Positions 55,099 through 64,000 of a DNA stretch of 64,000 nt are shown piece by piece. Position 1 is the first letter of the stretch, and each line of letters starts with the position of its first letter. The stretch is taken from the NCBI RefSeq assembly GCF_963921235.1, contig NC_086108.1, forward strand, positions 67,830,001 through 67,894,000, written 5' to 3'. The DNA is from Mobula hypostoma. Its lineage: Eukaryota. Under the pieces are notes generated by a model. It worked only from the letters and a program-made list of their open reading frames with translations. It was not told the origin of the DNA and ran no database searches. Position numbers and translations under genes: made by a program.

Positions 55099-55279
55099 GG
55101 GGTGCGTGTGAGGGGTAGCACCTCTAGATGGGGGGCTTGTCGCACTCCTTGGAGTGGCTCGTCATCTGCTGGTCCCCACCAATGCCCAGCTCTCACCTGT
55201 GGCTCCTCGTAGCTGTTTGCATGCGACAGCGGCCACACCCCGGGCAACATCTTCGACAGGCCGGCTAAGCCAGGTGACT
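55099..55279 (+). mobile_element. GC-rich short insertion in the ERV integrase (possibly RTE-UTR-derived)
   Basis: 9-bp TSD GGTGGCTTT (55090-55098 / 55280-55288). Removing it restores LYRWLYMLRDC, resembling PFV LYWWPNMRKDV. Confidence 0.7.
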
Positions 55280-55316
55280 GGTGGCTTTACATGTTGAGAG
55301 ACTGCAAATAATAAAG

Positions 55317-55487
55317 AATGTTATTCATTGCTATTACTTAAGTTTGCATTTGCACAGTTTGCTGTTCATTGATCCTGCTTACAACTACTGTTCTATAGAT
55401 TTGCTCAGTATGCCCGCAGCAAAGGGAATCTCAGGATTGTATATGGTGACAGGTATGCACTCTGATAATAAACTTGAACTTTGAACC
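55317..55487 (+). mobile_element. LINE 3' tail inserted in the ERV integrase
   Basis: TSD ATAATAAAG (55308-55316 / 55488-55496); AATAAA plus a TTGAACT tail. Confidence 0.65.
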
Positions 55488-56378
55488 TATAATAAAGGAG
55501 CAATCACAAGACCAACTCTTACATGATCAACAAAACCAACTGCAGCAATGCAGGTGTGGCAAATTGATTACATATGCCTATTTCTGGCGTCCTAAGACAA
55601 CCGGCCTTAACAGAAACCTATTAAGTATATTCTTGTGATAATTGATCTTTGGATGGAATATACATGGTTAGTCACCATGACTTCTTATAGTGAGATCACA
55701 ACTTTCACAGCACTCCAAAACTGCCTAGTCCCATATACTGGTACCCCTGCCTGCATGCGTACCAAATGAGGGTTTTCCCTCAGTGCTAAAAGCTTTCAAG
55801 CTATGTGTGAACAAACAGGCAAACAAGTGGAATGCAACACTCCAATCCAGCAGCAACCAAGTGTCATGTTGGAGTGAAATAATTGAAAGATTAAGGAGGC
55901 CTGGCAAAACTGATCTACTCTAGAGGCAAGGTAATCTCCACATGTCCCTGAAGTCCGACTGTCCATAAACAAAATGCCAATTGTGAAAACAGGAGTACAC
56001 AAGAATGTTACACCTTATTTCTTGATGTACAATGTTCACCTAAGTACACGCCTGATCACTAACTCAGGCCAATCATCACCTTTACCCGATACAACTATCA
56101 TCAAGGAATTGAAAGTGTATGGGAATTCAAGAGAAAGTAAAAGAAACTGACTAGACAATTTGGAGACACCAAAAAAGGGGATAGGTCCAAGAAAAGATAC
56201 TTCATAAAAATAATTCTGTCACTACGTTCCATCCTGGATGGAACCCCCCTCGTCTCATTACCCAGGTTATCAACGATAGAACTGCAGTAATGGAGACCAG
56301 AAGGGAAAACAAAACTATAAGTAAAACCTTCCCCAGGGGGAACATAAAACCTGGCCCAGCAGAATTTCTTCCCCTAGA

Positions 56379-58660
56379 ATGAGTAGAACCCTTTTATTAC
56401 ACTGGTACATGGGTTTACTACAGAACACCTAAAACCCAGCGGGATCTGGGGGGCGGGGTAGGGGAGGTAAGCTATATTGAAAATATAGAACACATGTTTA
56501 CATCTGAAAAGCAATTAAATGTTCCTGTTCACTCAGAATCAGAATCAGAATCAGGTTTATTATCACAGGCATGTGACATGAAATTTGTTAACTTAGCAGC
56601 AGCAGTTCAATGCAATACATAATCTAGCAGAGAGAAAAAAGAATAATAATTAAAATTTAAAAAAAATAATAATAAATAAACAAGTAAATAAATAAATACT
56701 CGAGGAAGAACTCACAGACGCATTGACCAGGGATAGTACATCCAGAATACCTTGTTTTTAGAGTAAGACAGACTCAAATTCCCGGAAGAAATGTATTTTA
56801 CTTTTAATATTTGTATTTGACTTTTAATATCTGTGCTTATAATAATGTTATTCAATGCTGCCTTACTTTCCATTTTCTTTTTCGCAAAGTTGCATCTACT
56901 ACGGAAATTGCCTTATCTGGCTCAAATACCCCTAAAACTTAATGACTCAGAGAATACTAGATTAAGCGGATATGCGAGCAATGATGATTCTAATTTAAAT
57001 ATCACTAAATGGTCCTTACCTTTTGGTCATCTGTAAACTAATACACTGGAACCTTTAATCTTTGCCTCTGGCAAAGTGATTGTGCCCATCCACTTAAGCA
57101 TTCACTCTGACCGCATTGCAGATGAAATGAACATAGATACGTGGGAAGGCAAAGAATCATTTGCGCAAATGATTAATGACATCCTAACAGAACTGCAAGG
57201 TTCCAGCACAGATATTGAAGGTAAACTAATAGAGAAATTTCTTAACATGGATCCCTCTACACTTGAAGAAAAGTACGGACACTGTTTTGTTGATAGATGA
57301 TCAAACTCATGGGAACATGACATTGAAATCATTAGACTAGAGCATTGTGAAGGATTATTTTTTTTTACTGAAGACTTCTCTGTTAGACGGATATTGTACT
57401 TTTCCTTTATGGCCAACAAGTAATGACATACTTACTGAAAATACATTAGACATTTTCATTTCTCCATTTATGGCCACTATTGCACTCCATTGTTAAATGA
57501 CAATTTTTGCATTTCTGGGTTATGTTCTAAATGGTTCAGCAAAGCCCTTGATCCTGGTGTTTTCATGGGAAGATAAGATCGAAAGATGCACTGAAGCAGA
57601 AGCTAGGTGCAATAAAAATGTTTTCCCCAGTCAACTGAAGCTGTTAAGTCCAATAGGTTTATTAGGGATTTTAGTCCCATAGACTATTGTAGTTGTCCAG
57701 ATCTTCAATTTTTTCTTAATCAAACACCCACAAATAGTTTGTGCTGTGGTGTGACTAATACGTTACAATGAAAATCAGTTCAGTATTATTGGTGCCCTTA
57801 CAAATTCAATTACATTTCAGAGGGACTTTAACGACGAGTTGAAAAACTATTGGAGACCAATTGATAATGTTAAACTTTGGGATTACCTAGATAACATTAC
57901 TTCCTAATTATACAATGTTACATGCATAGACAAGCCTTCAGTTATTGTTGTGTATTCACTCGCATGGTGTTATCATCAACAGGCAGAGAGAAAAAAAGCG
58001 ATTCGACCCTAAACAATTTTCATGATTTTAAAAAAAATTTAGAGTAAAACTCCCTGTACAGTCATGTCTTATCAGTGCTCACTCTCATAATAGCATTGAT
58101 ATGATGCTTTGGTTCACTGAAGGTAGAAATTTCTGATGACAAAAGTCACTCAAGCATACTGTTATCAGAGGATCACACACTTTTAAGGTTTATAAAGGGA
58201 ATGGCTTTGGAGTAATTTGATGATTTAATCTATGTTGTGCAGCTCAAGACAGAAACACAAATCCAGTCTTAAGGTACGATTTATGATGGATGCAACAAAG
58301 AATGTTCATCAACATTGGTTAAAGGACGTCAGACACATTAAAAGAATATTTCTCTATGCATTATGATAGTAACTGAACAAACACAATCAAACGAATGAGG
58401 TAGTTCCATTCACAAGTTTCCTTTGCAGGCTCATACTAAGCCCCCAAATGGCTTAATGCTCTAGCTAAAACAATAGCTAGGACCTTTCCAGCTGTTGTAC
58501 ATCTGGCTTCTGCACAATATATATAGCTTCTGGGTGAACTGGCACTACTTTAAACTGAGTTGCAGATATTTTTGTAGTTTTCCAATGGACAATTCCCATA
58601 GGCATTGGAACTATTGTTTTTATTGTGTTGCTTTGGTTGTGATATATTGAAGCCTGCAAG
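56379..58660 (+). pseudogene. env: Foamy-like env remnant (leader hydrophobic segment, SU, basic cleavage site, TM with membrane anchor)
   Basis: ORF 57076-57300 LSIHSDRIADEMNIDTWEGKESFAQMINDILTELQ...EEKYGHCFV resembles PFV LMINSENIANNANLTQEVKKLLTEMVNEEMQSL...QEFANCYL. RQREKKR at ~57981-58001. ISDDKSHSSILLSEDHTL resembles INDENLQQGIYLLRDHVI. PKWLNALAKTIARTFPAVV resembles PAWIQQLAAATKDVWPAAA. Anchor IPIGIGTIVFIVLLWL. Confidence 0.82.
56533..56698 (-). mobile_element. Rex1-like 3' tail inserted in the ERV env
   Basis: (AGAATC)n tail and near identity to 20591-20700. Confidence 0.85.
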
Positions 58661-58805
58661 GATGAAATGTTGGTGACTTCTTTTTGTATAACGGCTCCAC
58701 TCCTAAGACTCCATTAACTCCCATACTTACCCTGCAGTACTATAAGTTACCTCTTCTATAACTGTTTTGCTCTCCTCTGCCTCTTACTCACCTCTTTGCC
58801 TATTC

Positions 58806-58909
58806 AGCATCTCTAGGAAGAGGTGCCTAGAGATGCTGCCTGGCCTGCTGCGTTCACCAGCAACCTTGATGTGTGTTGCTTGAATTTCCAGCTTCTGCAG
58901 AATTCCTGT
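58806..58909 (+). mobile_element. Short Penelope-like terminal insertion with an inverted 5' piece
   Basis: 13-bp TSD TCTTTGCCTATTC (58793-58805 / 58910-58922). The body matches 36729-36812. Confidence 0.85.
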
Positions 58910-59079
58910 TCTTTGCCTATTCCTCTGGATTGTCCTTGACCCTGGTAGAGTAAAGATCAGGGCCTGCCCCGATCATGCCATTCTTGCTCCTCTCCTTTTG
59001 CTAGTCCTGATCACTAACATTGATATCATCATTTGGTTCACTTGGAAGGTAGAAATTCATGTATATTTGTCGCCTCATC

Positions 59080-59400
59080 TTGAGTAACATCAGGAAGGAA
59101 GAATATGAGAAGCTGGAGAAATACCAGGGCTTGAAACAGCAGATAGAAAGGATGTGGAAGGTTAAAGTCACAGTAATCCCGATGGTGATAGGAGCACTTG
59201 GGGTTGTGACACCTCGAATGGGAGAGTGGCTCCAACAAATCCCAGGAACAGCATTTGAGATCTCGGTCCAGAAGAGCGGAACAGCAAGGATACTGCGCTG
59301 AGCCCTCAAGCCAAGCTCCCAGGCCTCTGGAAAGGTCCCGAGATTGAGGAAAAAATACTCATACACACCACCCATAAGGAGTGAGAAAAAATTTTAAAAA
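59080..59400 (+). mobile_element. 3' end of a restriction-like-endonuclease LINE (R4/Dong/Rex6-like)
   Basis: KEEYEKLEKYQGLKQQIERMWKVKVTVIPMVIGALG..WLQQIPG..SVQKS. Confidence 0.78.
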
Positions 59401-59681
59401 TTTACAATGTACATAATAATAATACGGTTCTTAAGATTTTGTATAATGTACTTTGTAAATATTTTGATTATTGCTAATGATGGCATCATACTTAGCACGT
59501 TTACACTTTTGACTTTTAAAACAATTTATCTTACTATATTCCGTGTGTTATGGCATACAATGATGGAAGACTTACCAGGAGGAGAAAGATAGCTACCCTT
59601 GGGGCATGCTGTACTCCTGATAACCTTTTTACCTATTCTGTTGTGATTTCTTTGGAAATGGTGATGCAATTCTTGAACCTG

Positions 59682-59793
59682 ACGAAGGGTTCCGACCAAT
59701 CTTTTCCACGGATGCTGCCCGACCTGCTGAGTTCCTCCAGCGTGTTGTGAGTGTTGCTTTGACCCCAGCATCTGCAGATTATTGTGTGTTTAT
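59682..59793 (+). mobile_element. Short Penelope-like terminal insertion starting at a partial hammerhead core
   Basis: 14-bp TSD AATTCTTGAACCTG (59668-59681 / 59794-59807); CTGACGAAGGG..gatgctgcccgacctgctgagttcctccagc..ccagcatctgcaga. Confidence 0.8.
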
Positions 59794-60019
59794 AATTCTT
59801 GAACCTGCAAGGTCTCCAAAGTGTTATATTGTAACAAGGTAGAAATATTTGAATGTGCTTACTATTCACTTATTATTTTGATATAAGCATACATTGTACA
59901 TGTGGTACTCCTACAATGCAACAAGTAGGACCACTAAGCCTACCAATATTACAATTCATTTTATATTTAGTGTTACTAGAATAATTTGTATATTTGATTG
60001 ATAAAATCCCATGATTTCA

Positions 60020-63000
60020 AAAGCTGAAAGGCAGGACCTCTAGGGTAATAATCTCAGGATTACTGCCTGTGCTACGTGCTAGCGAGTGCAAGAATAGCTT
60101 GATCAGGTGTATTAATGTGTGGCTGAGAGACTGGTGTAGGGGGCAGAGATTCTGATTCCTGGATCACTGGGGCCTCTTCTGGGGGAGGTACGACCTGTAC
60201 AAAAAGGATGGGTTACACCTGAACCCAAAGGGGTCCAATATCCCAGCGGACACATTTAATAGGGCTGTTAGCGAGGGTTTAAATTAATTTGACAGGGAGA
60301 CGGGAAATGGAGTGATAGGACTGAGGAAAGGAAAAACAGAAATAAATCAAAGATAGCGTGCAAGAGCGATTATCGAATGAACAGGCAGGAGATGAGGCTT
60401 AATCAATGCCAGTGGCATGAGTTACAGGGCAATGGAGGTGTGGTGCAGTTAAAACAGAAAGCAACAAATACTGGACTGAGGGTGTTGTATTTGAATGCAC
60501 ACGGCATAAGGAATAAAATGGACGATCTTGAAATTCAGCTACAGATTGGCAAATACAACGTTGTGGCCATCTCTGAAACTTGGCTAAAGGATGGCTGCCA
60601 TTGGGAGCTGAACATCCAAGGATATACAGTATATCAGAAAGATAGGTTAGTAGGCAGGGGGCATGGTGTGGCTCTGTGTATAAGAAATAATATTAAATCA
60701 TTGGAAAGAGATGACATAGGATTGGAAGGTGTAGAGTCTCTATGGGTTGAGTTAAGAATGGCAAGGGTAAAAGGACCCTAATGGCAGTTATATACAGGCT
60801 TCCAAACAACAGAAGGAATGTGGATTACAAATTACAGCAGGAGATAGAAAAAGCGTTTCAGGAAGGCAATGTCATGATAATCGTTGGGGATTTTAACATG
60901 AAAGTGGATTGGGAAAACCAGGTCAGTACTGGACCTCAAGAGAGAGAATTTGTAGAATGTCTAAGGGATGGCTTTTTAGAACAGTTTGTTGTTGAGCCCA
61001 CTAGGGGATCGGCTGTGCTGGACTGGGAGTTGTGCAATGATCCGGACGTAATAAGAGAGCTTAAGGTTAAGGAACCCTTAGGAAACTGTAACCACAATAT
61101 GATTGAATTCACATTGAAATTTGAGAGAGGGAAAAAATGAAATCCATTGTGTCGGTATTTCAGTGGAATAAAGGAAATTACAATGACCTGAGAGGGGAAC
61201 TGGCTGAAGTTGACTGGAAAGGGACATTTGCAGAAAAGACAGCAGAGCAGCAATGGCTGGAGTTCCTGCGAAAAATGGGGGAAGTACAAGACAGATATAT
61301 TCCAAATAAAAAGAAATTTTCAAAGAGAAGAAGGACACTACTGTGGCTGACAAGTAAAGTCAGAGCCAAAGTAAAAGCACAAGAGAGGGCATACAAGGAA
61401 GCCAAAGCTAGTAGGAAGATAAAGGATTGGGGAGCTTTTAAAAACTTGCAAAAGGAAACTACGAAGGTCATTCGGAAGGAAAAGATGAATTATGAGAGGA
61501 AGTTGGAGACAAATATCAAAGAAGATACTAAAAGCTTTTTTAAATATATAAAGGGTAAAAGTATGTCAAGGGTAGATATAGGACCAATACAAAATGACGC
61601 TAGAGGTATTGTAATGAGAGATGCAGAGATGGCAGAGGAACTGAATGTGTATTTTGCATTAGTCTTCACAGTGGAAAATGTCTGCAGTATACTGGTCATT
61701 CAAAAGTGTCAGGGAAGTGAAGTTTGTGTAGCGAAAATTACGACTGAGAAGAAGCTCAGGAAGCTTAATGGTCTGAGAGTGGATAAATTTCCTGGACTTA
61801 ATGGAATGCACCCTTGGGTTCTGAAGGAACTAGCTGGAGAGATTGCGGAGGCATTAACAATGATCTTTCGAGAATTGATAGATCCTGGCATTGTACCAGA
61901 TGACTGGAAAATTGCAAATGTTACCCTCCTATTTAAGAAGGGTGGGAGGCAGCAGAAAGGAAACTATAGGCCCATTAGCCTGACATCAGTGGTTGGGAAG
62001 TTGTTGGAATCGATGGTTAGGGATGAGATTATGGAGTAGCTGGGGGCACATAACAAGATCGGCCAAAGCCTGCATGGTTTCCTGAAAGGAAAATCCTGCC
62101 TGACAAACTTACTGCAATTCTTTGAGGAAATTACAAGCAGAGTCGACAAAGGAGATGCAGTAGGGGTGGTGTACTTGGATTTTCAGAAGGCCGTTGACAA
62201 GGTGTCGCACGTGAGGCTGCTTAGCAAGATAAGAGCCCATGGAATTACAGGGGAGTTATTAGCATGGGAGGAGCATTGGCTGGTCAGCAGAAAACAGAGA
62301 ATGGGTATACTGTAAATGGATCCTATTCTGGCTGGCTGCCGGTTACCAGTGGAGTTCCATGGGGTCAGTTTTGGGACCACTGCTTTTTACGAAGTATGTC
62401 AATGATTTGGACTACAGTATTAATGGATCTGTGTCTAAATTTTGTGTCTAAGATAGGTGGAGGAGCGGGTAGTGTTGAGGAAACAGAGAGCCTGCAGAGA
62501 GACTTAGGTAGTTCAGGGGAACGGGCAAAGAAGTGGCAAATGAAATACAATGTTGGAAAGTGTATGGTCATGCACTTCGGTGGAAGAAATAAACAGGCAG
62601 TCTATTATTTAGATGGGGAGAGAATTCAAAATGCAGAGATGCAAAGGGATTTGGGAGTCCCTGTGCAAGATACCCTAAAGGTTAAACTCCAGGTTGAGTC
62701 GGTTGCAAAGAAGGCGAATGCAATATTGGCATTCATTTCTAGAGATATAGAACATAAGAGCAGCGATTTGATGTTGAGGCTCTATAAGGCACATACGGAG
62801 TATTAGGACCACACTTGGAATATTGTGTGCAGTTTTGCAGTTTTGGGCTCCTTATTCTAGAGAGGATATACTGACATTGGAGAGCGTTCAGAGAAGATTC
62901 ACGAGAATGATTCCAGGAATGAAAGGGTTACCGTATGAGGAACGTCTGGCAGCTCTTGGGCTGTATTCCCTGGAGTTCAGGAGAATAAGGGGGGATCTCC

Positions 63001-63362
63001 TAGAAACATTCAGAAGGTTAAAAGGCCTGGACAGATTAGATTTCCCATGGTAGGGATTCTAGGAGAAGAGGGCACGTCTTCAGGATTGAACGATATCCTT
63101 TTGGAACTGAGATGTGGAGAAATTACTTTAGTCAGAGGGTGGTAAATCTATGGAATTTGTTGCCACAAGAGGCTGTGGAGGCAAAGTCATTGGGTGTATT
63201 TATTTAAGGCCGAGATAGGTAGGTTCTTGATTAGCCAGGGCATCAAAGGATATTGGATGAAAGTAGGGGAATGGGGATGAACTGGATCAGCCCATGATTG
63301 AATGGGAAGCAGACTCGATGGGCTGAATGGCCTACTTCTGCTCCTATATCTTATGGTCTTAA
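60020..63362 (+). mobile_element. Long degraded CR1 LINE: ORF1 esterase C-terminus plus full-span ORF2
   Basis: ORF1 VIISGLLPV..WCRGQRF..DGLHLN at 60045-60290. ORF2 LYLNAHGIRNK, AISETWL, VGDFN, RT motifs and a TCTTATGGTCTT tail. Confidence 0.93.
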
Positions 63363-64000
63363 TAGACTGAGTAGTCCTGGCTCAGTTGAAGTTTTCTTGG
63401 AAAACTCAAAAGTTGGGAAGATGTTGTCAGTTCTTCTCAGTCAGGCCAAATCCTTAACAAAATAAAAGGGGAAGTCCTGAAATCTCGGTAGATGGTATGG
63501 TTGGTCTCACAATGTTAAGTTACAGCAACCAATGGGTGTTCACTCCCATTGTTGGGATATACCCACCCCAATATTCTGACAGCTTTTTTTGGGAGCCTAG
63601 ATTTAAAGGTATAGGCAGAAACCCCAACAAAGGAGCTGTATTCTTCCTTACTTTTGTAAACATTTCACCTTTTATGTATATCATTATATTGTGACATCAT
63701 GTAATTTTCTATAACTAAAACATGAGATTACTAATCCTTAGGCAAAAGAGGGCAGCAATACACAATCAATAACTTGTTTACAATACTCATTTTCAGGAAA
63801 CATGAGTAAAGTTGAAAGCAATGTGAACATCCTCTGAAAGAGATGAACCATCTTCAGCTTACTGAAAGACACTGCCAGCTGACCTGATGAACTAACCATG
63901 ACAGACGCAGTTATTCAAACTTCCATGAAGGAAATTGCAAGAACTGCTTGTGGAAGAAGATTTTAAAGATGGACTGATATGGACTTATAAGATGGACAAA

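Larger units (their letters stand above)
53340..56340 (+). pseudogene. pol: Foamy-like pro-pol remnant (protease, RT thumb/connection, RNase H, integrase); RT palm deleted
   Basis: *DTGIPILAFP at 53400 (PFV WDSGATITCIP). VINIKKSHCRTEVNFLGMTITSQGCGLTPEFRHKVA*VSYPKTIKALQLSLDLLNY at 53603-53770 (VVSLKKSEIGQKTVEFLGFNITKEGRGLTDTFKTKLLNITPPKDLKQLQSILGLLNF). RNase H motifs WYCDGSAMK, HTAQFAEAKALE, LHSDGNKLGN. Integrase: DGKGKVWVCCPKNNKKQIPPVHKWEALIREAH, WQIDYI, KYILVIIDLWMEYTWL, VQEK..HPGWNPPRLITQVINDRTAV. Confidence 0.9.
49900..58660 (+). mobile_element. Degraded foamy-virus-like (spumaretrovirus-related) endogenous retrovirus, gag-pro/pol-env, with many nested insertions; LTRs not identified
   Basis: Collinear peptide matches to recalled PFV Gag, protease, RT thumb/connection, RNase H, integrase and Env (see sub-features). 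Boundaries are approximate. Confidence 0.88.

Overview
Repeat-rich vertebrate genomic DNA. The mix of CR1, Rex1/Babar, Penelope-like and RTE repeats suggests a cartilaginous fish, probably a ray (inference). Three short minus-strand exons (45242-45128, 15140-15029, 4010-3865) encode the carboxypeptidase domain of AGBL4/CCP6. All have canonical splice sites, but each is disabled: four in-frame stops in total, an NR->NQ change in the substrate-binding motif and a 7-nt frameshift. This copy is therefore a pseudogene. Upstream of these exons, on the opposite strand, lies an old, fragmented foamy-virus-like (spumaretroviral) endogenous retrovirus at ~49.9-58.7 kb with recognisable gag, pro-pol and env. 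A full Gypsy element with a 5-bp TSD (33441-39342) carries a nested insertion of eight tandem 62-bp hammerhead-ribozyme units derived from a Penelope-like element. The rest is nested LINEs, SINEs and DNA transposons plus a 2.6-kb interrupted (CA)n array. Protein comparisons are to human AGBL4 and prototype foamy virus (PFV) sequences recalled from memory, not from a database search.
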